From Girardia tigrina (taxonomy: Eukaryota): a DNA stretch of 64,000 nucleotides. Made by a program: the position numbers and the translations under genes. The notes beneath the pieces were generated by a model. That model saw only the letters and a list, made by a program, of their open reading frames with translations, was not told the origin of the DNA and did not search any database. This document shows, in pieces, positions 39,001 through 53,710 of this stretch; position 1 is the first letter of the stretch; the number at the start of each line of letters is the position of its first letter. Location: assembly GCA_001938485.1 (NCBI GenBank), contig MQRK01224117.1, forward strand, positions 9,470 through 73,469. The letters run 5' to 3'.

Positions 39001-42000
39001 AACTTTTCGAGAAATCATTCACATTATGATCAACTAAATAAAACAACATTTACATTTGCCTCTCTAACAATTGCACGAAGACTTGCCATTGAAAAACTCA
39101 AGAAATTGATAGTGATATGCAGCTAATCGTGAGTTAATAAATCGGTGTAGTCGAAATTATTTTATCTAAATATTAAATATTAGGTTGTTTTTGCATACAC
39201 GAGAATGTTGAAATTAGAAGAAATAGACAATTAAGAATGAGAACTGCAAATATCTTCGGAAAATTATTAAATTATTTGCCATTATTAATATATAAATTCA
39301 AATAAAAATCCTTACTAAAATTCATATCAAAGACCCGGGACTGTTGCTATTAGTACATAAGAACTTTTTTTCGGTGACCAGATACTTCCGCATAAGGAAG
39401 AACCTTCCGACAAATACTCAAAACTAATTGCCCATAACGAAATTTCCACATTACAAAATTTCCCATAACCAAATTTGCTCAAAACGACATTTTCTCATTA
39501 CGAGAATTGCCCACAACGTAAATTCCCCTTGAAATACACATGCCATTACAAGTAGTTAAAAATCTTGACAAAAATAAATATATAATAGAAAAACATAGAA
39601 TACTATAATTTAAATTATATTACTAACATAATTACTAGCCTTTCGTATTTTATAAATTACAAATAAGATCAAATTATTGAATTTTTTTCTAAATTATTTC
39701 AAATACAATAAAATTAATTTCTAAATACAAAAAATCTCAGTAAAAAATAAAAATCATAAATCATATAAAAATTGAAAAATAATAGACAATTTCTGTGCTG
39801 GCTAATATTAAAACCAAAAAAGGACAAAAGCTTGAATCGCTTGAACATGATTTGTGAATCTATATGTCGAATACTTTACCTTACATAAAAGAAATATGCA
39901 AAAGGATTTGTCTGTCAAACCAACTCTCTTTTTATACAAAAATTTGAAGAGCTTGAAAAAACGTGCTCGCTTTCAATTGATGAGGGTTGAATGGTTTTTA
40001 AAATATCCAATAGCTTTGAGAAGTTTTCTGATAAGATATTCGTGCTTTCGTAAATAGAAATTTCATTTTTGTTTTAGAATTAAAATCAAGTTTTTTAATG
40101 ACCGCTGTTTTATTTGCCTTTAAGGATACACGATGTATCGCAACAGCTAAGTTTTCATTTAAATTAGTGTATTTTTTAGGACTTTCTTCAAGTTCAAGAA
40201 TATTCTCAGCCTCACTGTCAGTCTCAGGTTCAGTTTACAAAATGTTGTTATTTTTATATTGGTTGAGATGGTCAATTCAGGTGTACTTTCAACATCCTTA
40301 TTTTGTAGACATTTCATTAAAGATACCAAGTCTTTGTTTCTTCTCTCAGACATTTTTGTTGCTATTACTGATAAAAACTCTTTGGATAATTCAGTATTTA
40401 TTTCTTTCAATTCAGTAAAAAGAAATTTTTAAATTGCATCAGCAGTTAATAAATTTGCGTTTCTTTGGCCAAGCGTTTCCACCGCCAAATTTATGGGTTT
40501 TAAAGTGGCCGATAATTTACGAAGCTGTGGTAAAATATCATCAGTGCGATAATTCGAATAATTTATCATTCATTAATCATTCAAGCAATTTTTTTATTCA
40601 TTTTGCCAGTTGACGATGAAAGAGGAGAAGGAAGGAGTTTAAAAATGGCAATAACTCGTATAAAAAAATCCCGATTTCCGGGAAAATACAAAATATTTTC
40701 CTGGGAATCAGGATTATGAAAAGTTGCTACTCCGTTCAGATGTATATATAATTGCCGACGCATATGCTGCTAACTCTGTAGTTTGTGCAAAATGCATGTG
40801 GTACGACTTGAGCAACTTTACTCTAAAGGTTGAGAACCACTGCTATATCATGGCAAATGAATTCCTGTATATTTCCTATACTTAGAACCATTAATTATTT
40901 TTCTCTTTTAGTCGTAATTCGCTACATATGTAAAACTTTATTTCTAACGGATGCTTCGTTGTAGATGAATTTTCACTTTAGTAATTTTTCGATCAATAAT
41001 TTCTCTTCAAATGTAGGCTAATTTGATAAAACATGTTCAATGGATATTTGTCACGAAAATATAATGTTACAAATGAAAATAAATTTTTTTAATAGAAACA
41101 ATTGAATCTATCATTTGTGTTAATTTTTTTTAATTAGAAAATGAATAGAAAAAATAATATTCAGAGATAATTTTCTTTACTATTAATAACTATTATATAT
41201 ATATATATATATATATATATNNNNNNNNNNNNNNNNNNNNNNNNNNNNNNNNNNNNNNNNNNNNNNNNNNTATATATATATATATATATATATATGCAAG
41301 TAAATACAATACTAATGATATACACCAACATTTTCAAGCTTATCCTTGTGAGAATAATAAGTATTAAGTAAACATTTTAAGCATTGTTAAATGGTATAAA
41401 AATTAGCATTACAAAGGCTTTATAAATTATCAAAATTTGTTAATATTATATTAGTATTGGGTTGTTCCGTAAGTAAAAATGTTTTCACTAGTTTTTTCAT
41501 TACAAATTTTTATTAAAAAAATACAAAAATATAACAACAACTTATTAAATCATATGCATGATGTATCGTTAAAATCCAAACCTCTATTTTTTTCTTGACT
41601 CTAAAGTTAGCCAAATATGCCAGTATGACTTTCATAGCCTCAAAATGGCCAAATTCTTCAAGATAAGTGTTAAGAGAACTCTCACATTTGGTAGATCATT
41701 TATTACATTCACAATTTTGATCATCTCTATGAAAACCAATAGTATTGCTTTTGCTTAAATTCATCACTCAATGTTTAATACTTCTCATCCCAAGTCTGAA
41801 CTAACTTGAAAAGATTTATTTTATTTAAAATATATAATTTAAATTTTATTGGTTAAAATAAAATTACTTTTTATAATCATTTAAAACATTAATTTCATTT
41901 AACTATTAAACAATTTACAAAAATAAAATCAATAAAATTATTTACAATTTACAATAATAAAAATGAAAAAATTTGAATATTAAATCTAAATTTGAATAGA

Positions 42001-45000
42001 TTAGTTCGAGATTATAAGAATTAAAATATTAATCATCCATTTAATTCGGAGAGATACAATCTCAAATCAACACACAACATTCAAACATGCAAGTAATACA
42101 CAAAACATCAACATACTAAATCATCCTCACACTAAGTATGGAGTACGACAAAGAGGCGATTGTAGAAATCCTTTTAGTTGAAAGAAAGGCTATCAAAATT
42201 ATTAAATTCATCTGATACGACAGATCGACTGTATATGGGTTGTGAAGAGATATAGCATCTCAAAATAATCTGAGGACTCTTCCACTCCATTGAGAAAAAA
42301 CATGTTAGGTAGAAATCGACAAGAACGCGAGAGATCATCCGAATAGCACAAGACATGAATTTGAAAGACCTGGGATCCAACTTCAGAAACGTGCCTGCGC
42401 CAGATCGATCATAAGGATCTCAGATATACTTCCTGAGTCTACCAAATGCTCTCTGAGGCCACCAGACTTAAAAGAATTAGATATCCCATTTGCTTTTGTG
42501 CTCATGGAAACACGAAGCTGCTGATCGGATTATATTTTTCTGTGATGAAAACATTTTCACTGTGAATGTCAAATTTCATGATCTGCTCCGGTAGCTTTTT
42601 GACCACGACAAAGTTGAAGTTATGTAAGTGCCAAGAATAAAGATTCTTGCCACTTGGAATTTCCATTTATGTAGCCTAAAATTAAAGTAAAATGAAGTTT
42701 GTTGGAAAAATAAAGGTAACAGAATTAAAGAGCAGAAAGGCGTTTTCAAAAGAATATTTACACTTTGCCAAACAAAAGAATAAAAAAGTCTTTTTTGGAT
42801 AATAATATAAACGGTAATAACACAACGGCGCATAATAATATGACGGTAACTATCTACCATTATTCTTAACACTTTAGCTTCTCGGTTCCTGTTATAGGAT
42901 GATTGCTAGATTCATTAATTATTTTATTTTTCACAAGAACACAATAGATAGGATTTCATATTTGTACATTATTAAAATCTGAATTCATAAATTAGTGCTG
43001 GGAAATTCAGAAAAAAAGTTTAATCGATTAATCGTTTTAGTTTTTCGTCGATTAATCGATTAATTCAAATTATGGCAGGGGTGAGCAATAAGGGTCTCAC
43101 GGGGGCTTGCGCGAGCCCTTTGTTAAATGGTTCTATGATTTGTGAGCCCTTGTTCTTTTCGGTAACTACTTGTATTTTTTTCAAAATGAAAATATAATAC
43201 CTTAAAATCATTTTCATTACATACATTTGTAGTTTTTTATTAAAAATTTCATATATATATTATATTTTGTTTTGTTTGAAATAAACCATTTAAACCATTA
43301 TTAAACGATGATTTTGTTTTTTTATGTCAGTCGCTATTAAGAACACCAATTTGACTTTTTATATTTTTATTTACACAACAATTTTGATTGTCCTTAAAAC
43401 AATCTTTGTCAAAGCTTTCGTACAACTAAATTGATTAATGAATTAATTCTTATTATTTTTTTTAGCAAATGGAGAAATAAATATTTTAATTAATAATTTA
43501 CTCAAAACTTATTGGATAAAATTAAAAATGATTAATTATTATTTAAAAAAATATTAATTTGATTTATTTATTAAAAAATGTAAAAAATAATTAACTTATT
43601 TATAATTTTAAAATTATTTGAAATTAAAAATAAATTTCAACATTACATATTTTTAGATAATAATAATTCAAATATTAATCATCCATCTGGGTAGGAGAGA
43701 CACAATTCCAAATCAACATACAACATTCAAACACAAAACATCAAACATTTAAAATATTCCTCGCAGTCGCAATGCCACATTGTTAGAGTACTAATTTATA
43801 CGATTCGCAAGAAAAAAAAGAGCGAGCCCCTTGTTAAATTTTCATAGCTCACCACTGAGTAAAGGAAAAAGAAATTTGCGTTAACACTTCCGAGGTTGTA
43901 ATATGCTAAAAATACACGTGCTATAGATACTATAATAATATTAACTTAATCAATATAATGTAATTATTATATGAGTATTATATGAGTCAAAAATATCCGC
44001 TGCGATCTAAACATAATAATGACATAAATATAATAATGTAAAAAATTTAAAAATAATTTGAGACAACAAAGAGAAGGAGTATCTTAAGAAAGTGTGATCT
44101 TAGAATTTTTTTGGAACTTTTGAAATGAAACGAGTATCGGTTTGCAATCAGTTATTTTTATTTCGATTTCGTAAATTGTGTCGACAATATAAATAAGTAT
44201 AATGTAACAACTGATAAAATGAGTTTTGATGTGATTTATGTGTCCAGTAAAGAGCAAAACGATGAAAACCATTTCGAAGAGAAGCTGCACGATTACATTA
44301 AAGGAAAAAATCGTCAATCTATGAGGATAGAAGAATCGGAATTTGAAGACGATAAAATAACAGATTTGCTCAATGTTAGTTGTATTTATTTTAGAGATTT
44401 ATCTTATTTACCAACTGAGAATTAGTGTAATTTTTATTAATATTAATCAATATTCAGGTATTATTGGAACAACACGAAAAAGTTTTAGACGGTTTCAAGA
44501 ATTATTTACCTAATCCAAATGAATTTCAACAAGTAATTTTTATCAATAAAATTTTTTTAGAAAAAATTATAATAATCATCAAAATCTATATAAATATAAA
44601 ACTAATAAAAACTCGATCAAATCGAAAGACGTTACCTTTTAAAAATTTTAAAAATGTTGACATTAGCGATAATAATGTGAGAAATTAGAAAGGATGCAAG
44701 ATAAGAGTATTGAATTACAGATGGGTTATTGAGAACAACATTTTCACCAACTTTGTCCAGAGATCGATACGATAACACATGTCACGTCTGGCATTTTTCA
44801 AATAACGATGAAACGAATTCTGGGCGACTGGGTAAAATACAATACGTTCAAGACTATGTTCTAGAGAAATATAGAGCTGTTTATAACTTAATGCAAGATT
44901 TATCACTCGATGAAGGGGTTTTACATTGTAGAGAAAGGTTAAATATTTGAGTAAATATTCCTAGTAAATTAATTAAATTTGACCTCATATTTCGAAATGT

Positions 45001-46261
45001 TTGCGAGAGCTTATCTGGAAAGATTTGCAATTTTCAAATTTACACACCAGAAGGAAATTCCTTACTAAACAAAAAAACAATATATATATATATATATATA
45101 TATNNNNNNNNNNNNNNNNNNNNNNNNNNNNNNNNNNNNNNNNNNNNNNNNNNNNNNNNNNNNNNNNNNNNNNNNNNNNNNNNNNNNNNNNNNNNNNNNN
45201 NNNNNNNNNNNNNNNNNNNNNNNNNNNNNNNNNNNNNNNNNNNNNNNNNNNNNNNNNNNNNNNNNNNNNNNNNNNNNNNNNNNNNNNNNNNNNNNNNNNN
45301 NNNNNNNNNNNNNNNNNNNNNNNNNNNNNNNNNNNNNNNNNNNNNNNNNNNNNNNNNNNNNNNNNNNNNNNNNNNNNNNNNNNNNNNNNNNNNNNNNNNN
45401 NNNNNNNNNNNNNNNNNNNNNNNNNNNNNNNNNNNNNNNNNNNNNNNNNNNNNNNNNNNNNNNNNNNNNNNNNNNNNNNNNNNNNNNNNNNNNNNNNNNN
45501 NNNNNNNNNNNNNNNNNNNNNNNNNNNNNNNNNNNNNNNNNNNNNNNNNNNNNNNNNNNNNNNNNNNNNNNNNNNNNNNNNNNNNNNNNNNNNNNNNNNN
45601 NNNNNNNNNNNNNNNNNNNNNNNNNNNNNNNNNNNNNNNNNNNNNNNNNNNNNNNNNNNNNNNNNNNNNNNNNNNNNNNNNNNNNNNNNNNNNNNNNNNN
45701 NNNNNNNNNNNNNNNNNNNNNNNNNNNNNNNNNNNNNNNNNNNNNNNNNNNNNNNNNNNNNNNNNNNNNNNNNNNNNNNNNNNNNNNNNNNNNNNNNNNN
45801 NNNNNNNNNNNNNNNNNNNNNNNNNNNNNNNNNNNNNNNNNNNNNNNNNNNNNNNNNNNNNNNNNNNNNNNNNNNNNNNNNNNNNNNNNNNNNNNNNNNN
45901 NNNNNNNNNNNNNNNNNNNNNNNNNNNNAAACCCTGATTTGCAATTTCAAAACTGGACGACAAACTTCAAACTCTGTGAACAAGCCCTTTGATCATACCC
46001 TCTCTGTATTTTTCCTCACAAAAACTCTGTGGTGTTGTGTAAAGACCAGGTCTTTTCAATCGATTTCATCGGCTTCCTGGTGTCTTTCGGCAAAGGCGCT
46101 ACACTGACAAAATTGTATTGATGCGGGCTATCCAGATTTACCACGATCTTAAATGGATTCACTCTGGTTCGTCCGCAATTTCACATTGAAAAGGGTGACT
46201 GACAAACAAACAAACAAACTAACAAAGAGACACTTTTTAGACAAATTAATATATATACAAA

Positions 46262-46298
<37 letters not shown>

Positions 46299-46922
46299 AT
46301 TTAAAATAAATGACTTCGAGAAATAACATTTATTCATATAAAAATTTACAAAATTTTTAGCACAAAATATATTTCTACTAGAATAATAAAATACTTAATT
46401 TGTATATATATATACAAATTAAATATTTTATTATTCTAGCAGAAATATATTTTCTCTATATATATACAGTATACTACGGTTACTCCGAACACCCAACATG
46501 CACAAAAAACGTTCTGATTAGCCGATTTTCGGTTTAGCCGGAAATCGAGTAATCTGAATAGCTGTTCGAATTGACCTAAGAATAGAAGATTGACATAATA
46601 GACCTAACAAAAGTTGCTCCCATAATAAAAAAAGCATGTTTAGCACTTAAATTTTTATTTTTATGCATGTTTATTAGAAATAAAAAATTACTTTTTTGAC
46701 TTGAAAAGTACTTGACTTAAAGTACGCAAGATATATTACACAATCATGTACTGTTCAGAATAGACGAATAAAAGTACAAGGTACATGTTGTGTCCGTTCT
46801 CATAAAGTCGTTCGGTTTTCAGTTTTGCCGGTTTTTCGGTTTAGCAAGCGAAAATTAAATTAGAAAATGTAGGGGAATTTTTCCGTTATTGAATTAGCCG
46901 GGTTTGGTTTATCCGAAGTAGA

Positions 46923-46960
<38 letters not shown>

Positions 46961-49900
46961 GTGGAACTCCAAGCCTTCTCCATTACCGTTCTATTCACAG
47001 TTGAAATGACGAACCAAAATTTAAACAAAAGGATGTTGACATCCAACATACAACTGAAAAGTGTTTTGTCAATCCTCAACTAAGTTATTCATTTATTGCA
47101 AACGGTTATTTACATATTGAAAACTCCACTATTTAAAGATTTTGTCTGCTAGAATATGTCAATTGTCAATTCATACATTTATCGGTAACCTTGTTTTGGA
47201 ATATATTACCTGGTTCATTTATATATTATTTCTTTACTGTTATTATTATTTTCTCTTTACCTATGAAACCATAATTTATACATTGTCTGCACTAGACCGT
47301 ATTTATTGTCATACGTTTCTGCATACCATTTGATCTAAATCTAAATTTACGAAAAATTCCATGACCAATTTGAATTGCCTTAGTTCTTCTACCATTTCTA
47401 CTGTCAATTGATGTATGTACCATTTGATAAAAAAATATGGTTTAACCCAGCGGTATTAACGGATCTACAACACATCTTGATTTGTTTGCCAAAATTCTAT
47501 CACAGGACTCTTAGCAATCATTGTTGTTTTACCAAGCTGCGTCAACTATGACGTCGTAATAGAATAGTTCATAATAGACATCTTAAACAGCAGTGAGGGT
47601 CGAGTTGATTATTATTCAAATTATCTGATCGAATAAAATGACTTTTAGCGAAGAAGTTATTTTACCTGTATGTAATTTTCATCTTCCTCCGGGAGTCCGC
47701 GCTTCACAGTTTGAAAACCACTGGTTTAACTAACATGATTGTATAGTTCACTTTTCAATTAACTGATAATCTGAGTTTTAAGTAATTCAATTAAGTTAGA
47801 GTTTTATTTTGATTTCAAAAGTATTTATCTGGCATATATAAGACTTTTTTCTGGGTTTTGGATATTAGTGAAGTGAAAGTTACAGTTGAAAATTAGAGTT
47901 GTCAATGAAGATTAATTATTGTTTCTTAAAAGCACATAACTAATATAACGATAAAAGCTACAATGAATACATTCACAAATCGATTTTTTCCGAAAAGTTT
48001 AAGAAGGAAGATTGGATGGAAACATTTATTTTAAAATTTAAAATGTTTGGAAAGAAAATTTGATGATATGCCTGTTTTATAGAGACCTAAAAGTCATCTT
48101 TAAGTCGGTGGATAAAGTAATAGGACGATATAAAGAGAAATTAAAGATAAATGGAGAAATAAATGTTTATTGTAGTGACCAACAAAATACCAGACATGAC
48201 AAGAAAATTGAAATACAAAACACTTTTGGAATCAAGTTACGTTGAATGAGGAAATAAAATAATGCGAATGAACAATCTTACCAATTATGTAATTTAGAAG
48301 TTAAATTTGTTCACAGTTTAACGATCAAATAGAACAAATTAAGATTAGAGATAAACCAAAGCTTTTCGATGTAGTTACAAACATCAAGATGATTAAACGA
48401 CTGATAGATATTACATTGGACGTGCCATGTTAAAACATAATAGAAACCATAGAATCTCATATCAACCTTAGTTTTCATGGACAACGAGTAAATCTGGAGA
48501 AGAAAATGATGAGACCATTAAAAACTTGTGGGAAGCACTATATCTAAAAATGCAATTCACAATGGAAAATATCGATAATCTATGTATTTAAGAAAGAAAA
48601 AATGATTTCAGAATTTAGTTGGATTTTCGACAACTAAACCTAGTCACTGAGAGGCAAGCATTTCCGACGCGAAATGTTATAGAATGGTGATAAGTTGGAT
48701 GGAAAGAAGTATTTCACATCAATCGATCTTGGTAATGTGTACTACCAGGTTGCAATGTAAATATATTCAAAAATAAAGATGTTCAACTGTTCTATTTCAA
48801 TAAAATGCCATTTGATATAGTAGTGACACTGGGAATTCTCCAGGAGCTAATGGTAAAGGTACTAGGATACATAGAATATCCATTAGTGTACCTAGATGAA
48901 ATTTTTCATTTTTGAAGTCAAATTTCAGCATTATGAAATTTTGCATAATGTACGGGACGAAATTTGGAAAAATGTCAAACATGAGGTTATTTTTTGGAAA
49001 CTTATTAATAAAGGTATTTTAAAGGAATACAGATAGACCCATTCAAGTTAGAAGCTATCAAGTCCTTTGAACAATAGAAATGTGTTAGGAACCCAAGAAA
49101 TTTCATAGGAATTTGTAATTAGTACGGACGGTTTAACAACAAAAACCTAATTGGAGGAATCTGACGTCTTCTTCTATACATAGATTCAAAGCGTTACGGA
49201 GATAGAAAGACAATGGAAATGGGTTATTTTATATGGGTCTCATTCCACGGATAATCTTTAAAATGGTGCTGCATAAATTCGAAGTAGTAGCTGGTGATGT
49301 ATTATTTTTGTCAATATCATTAATTGCATGGAAAAAGATTTGTATTGAGAACCGACCGCAAGTCGATTACATAAATGGTGAAAACCAAGAAACATAGAAC
49401 AATTTCAGACCTGGATAAACTATTTATCGAGTTTAGACATAAACTCAGAATATTTAATCACTGGATACTGAAGTCTGAAAGACAAGAAATGATCAGACAG
49501 ATCCTCTTCCTAATAACTTGTATTAGTAAACATAAATAATCTCAGTATATTAAATAAATATAAATTGTTATTGTTAAAGATAGTTTGTTTTTTAATTAAG
49601 TATTGTGTATTTTTTTAAATGTGTACCTAGAAGTTAATTACCGATTTTCTAATCATAATGAATCAAACCGGATTAAAATGTTCATAATGGATCATAAATA
49701 TTTCCCCATGAAGTATGGAATTCTCACCTGATTGTTCTTTAATTGATGCAATCTGTTTGAGCAACAAATCATCATAACCTTTGCAAATCATAGTAAAATT
49801 TTAAGTAGAGAAATAAACTGAAAAAATAGACTGGGTTGAACTAAAGGAGGACAAACCAAAAAACCGAATTAAAAACTTTGACACGAATGAAATTTATGTC

Positions 49901-51474
49901 TTATACAAAAGTATTTCCACATCGAGGAGCAATAATATTCAATTGGTTGGACTGTGCTGCAGACCTGAGACAATACGAATGACAGCAGAGATATTTAAAT
50001 AGGGGTAGAAGTATATGGGGTCCAGTGTGAGATTAAGGGATATGAATTTAAGACGTTCAGTCCTATAGAGATCACTTAGTTACAGGATTTGATATCACAA
50101 TCAACTGATAAACAAACCAATCTGAGATTCAAGAATCAACTTGATGACCCAAAAATGTAAAGTATAGGTCCTCTGTGTAAAGTATTTTCAGTCTGATTAT
50201 CTTAATGAAAATTATTATACTTTTAACCAGTATGTTTTATCATTTAAAAATTGTATCAGGCTTAGATGATATCTAATATTTTTAGACTGTTTAAAATTTT
50301 TTCCAAACTAAATAGTTTCATTCATTGGTTTACATAGTATGCTCAATGAGCCCTTACATGTGTTAGAAAGGCAACTGAAAGAAATATCAAACTTATTAAC
50401 ACTAGAATATTATGTTTTCATATAATCTTTCCACTTAAGAACAATATATATTGACTCACATTTGTCAACGCTGAATCTGTCAAAATGTTTTTGGAGCAGT
50501 CTAACGGTTATTGATACACGAACTCATTATCTCTTCCACTAAATCGAGAATCCAATATACAAAGAGTGTTTATTAAAGTACCTAACTTCAACAACATCTA
50601 AACAAGCTAAATAAGACTGGAGTCTTCTTAAATGCTTGAATTATTTCAAGATTGATCTCCAGGACATCTGAAAAATGAGCATCTTGTATTTTCTGTGACG
50701 TATTACAATTTCCATTTCCTGGAATTTGTTCCACCAGGAAACTTTGACTCGCTGGTCTCATCCGTTGACTCTTACATAGACTTCAAAAGACTGAGGGAGG
50801 TTTAGATTGGTATTAAGTGCAGTCTTTTTTTATTTTCAACGAATATTTTGGATAGCATTAATTAATGATTCAGGTAGTTTTATTAAGGGAAAAGTTGATT
50901 AATTAACCCTATTTTGATTTTATCTAGTATTAATGACCGTGTGGTTTACAAATTTTGCGAACTAAAATCTAATAAACAACTAGAATAACTTCTAAAATAA
51001 GCTTTTTTTCGAAAAAAGTTCTGATTCAAAGTGCTGCTCAGATTCTTACCACACGATGTTATTCAACCTAATCTCTTTCATCCACTCTATTTTTTCATCA
51101 TAATAAATGCGGAATTCTTGCTCGTTACTTGAATATCAGATAAAACACAAATAGATTTTTCATTTAGCTTTTTTAAATTTCAATGTTAATGCTTAACCTT
51201 TTCTTTACGGTGACTTATTGGTACGCTTGACTGGGTTGATCAAATTTGACCCGAAACATTTTCAAACAGTATAAAATAAATACATTCATTGCATTTGTTA
51301 GTTTGAGAACACAACACCATCTTCTCAACGAGCTTCACATACTTGACCCCTCAATATACCACTAATTTTATTTTTCACATTATTTATTTTTGGTTACGCA
51401 CAAGAAATTAATTATTTCGAGACAGTTTGTCATGAATAAGGAAGGAGTGCAAAATATTCTAAATTTTTGTTTTG

Positions 51475-51522
<48 letters not shown>

Positions 51523-53670
51523 TAGTTTAATTGTTTTAGTATAGCGAACAACAAAAAAATAACGGAGTAGACATAAATTAAATTTTTTATAACAAAATTA
51601 TGTTACAGTTTTAAATATACGTAGGTAAATATATGGAACATGTCGTGAATTTCAGTGACACAAGAAAGGGTTACTCAGATATGTAATATATAATTCCTTT
51701 ATACACTAAGTTTTATAGTTCTGTAAAATAAAGATGTATTTTGGATATTTTTTTATTGTGGCCCAAAAATGAAATTTTAAATTTCATGAAAATATCTTAT
51801 TCGTGTTATTAAGAGAACTCACACATTTGACAGAACATTTATTACATTCATATTTCTTATCATCTTTATGATGATCAATAGTATTGCTTTCACTTAGATC
51901 CATCAATCAATTTTCAATATCTCCCATCATAATCCCACTATACTTGAGAAGACCACTTTATTTAAAAATATTTAATTTAAATTTTATTGGCTGAAATAAA
52001 ATATTTTTATAGTCATTTTTAAACATTAATTTGATTTTAATTATTTAAAAATTTACAAAAATAAAATCATTAAAATTATTTAAAAGTTGCAATAATAAAA
52101 ATTAAAAATTTGAATATTAAATCTAAATTTAAATAAATTAGTTTCAGATTATAAGAAATTAAATATTGATAATCCATCTGGTTAGGAGAGGCACAATCCC
52201 AAATCAAAATACAACATTTAAACAATCAAAAACTACACAAAAACATCCACACACCAAATATTTCTCACACGTGTCATAACGAAATCGTCTTTTTATGGAG
52301 TCGCAGTAATTACCTTATATTTAATGGACACAATCTGGTCAAAGTGTAGTTTCCTTTAAGAGAAGATTCCGGTCATAGATAATACAAATACAATCTCGTT
52401 GAGAAGTTGTGTTGCAGTGAGAGAATTTAATTTCTATTTATAAAGAGACTAAAAATTAGGTAGCCATAATGATTTAATAATTTTATTAAATTTTTATTAG
52501 TAATTCGAATAAATTCCGATTTACAAAGAGATTTAGGTTCCATCTGTGATATATAAATCTTCACCATTCCAGTTTCTACAAGTAAATCTTAAATTGAGTG
52601 CGCAGAATTTTAATTTCTGTGAACTTACGACCTCTTACAATGTTTTCTATGCCCAGTGATATGACTACCACCTTCATTACGACTCTCTTACTGGATTCTC
52701 TTAGTATGTTCGATAATAAGTCTCTTATGACTTATTTCGTTAAATTTCAGTTAATGTGAATTGTCGGTAAACACTTTTCAGTCAGCCCCCTAAGTATTTT
52801 ATCATTGATAATGATTTTTGCTGATGACGACGCTTAAACTTTCAATATTAACAAATGAATATAAAATTTTTGTTTTGACTATTTTAAAGATTTAATTTCT
52901 TATTATCAAAAATTAAATCATTATAACACGATTAACAATATTTATGCTCATGAGTATACCTATTATAATTCGAAAAAGAATAAGTAATCCTATGTTCATG
53001 TAATATTGATAAACTAAAAAAATACCCCTCATATATGACGGATGAGCTGAATTTTCGACTTTGAAAGTTTCTGTTTTAATTTTTAAATCGTAATTATTAT
53101 AATTTATTATTTATTGCTTCGAATTCTGTATGGATTTAACATTCGGTCAATTAAGTCGGCTCCCAGCGTCATTCGGCGACAGCGCTGCACCGACAGAATT
53201 GTCTCGATGCGGGCTATCCATATTGAACCCGTCCTTAAATGGATTCACTCCGCTCCCTCCGCAATTTTGCATTTTATTTGTTGATATTATTTTTAATAAC
53301 GAAAATTTTTAATTTATGCAAAATTGATTGTTAGCAAAATAATTAGTAAATAAAAGTTAGAAATCGTCATTTATCAAATAAATTAGTATTTTATTGATAT
53401 TTTCATAAAAATGTTCACACAATTCCTTGTAAGAATCATCAAAATTGTCATTATTCAAAATTAGTGTTGATTTAACCATTTAACAATTTGTACGGTTTTC
53501 GATCAATTTCGTCGGCTTCCGGACGTCTTTCGGCAAAGGCGCTGTACTGACAAAATTGTATTCATGCAAGCTATCCAAATTGATTACTTCCTTAAATGAA
53601 TTCACTCCGGTTCCTCCGCAATTTCACATTTAAATGCGTGACCGACAGAGAAACAAACAATTTTTAGACA

Positions 53671-53710
<40 letters not shown>

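Noticed and set aside
44985-46107. Long ORFs made of X residues (also 29229-29564)
   Set aside because: Artefacts of N-gaps.
52815-52860. Third hammerhead candidate
   Set aside because: GAAA core and stem II are disrupted, so it is unlikely to be functional.
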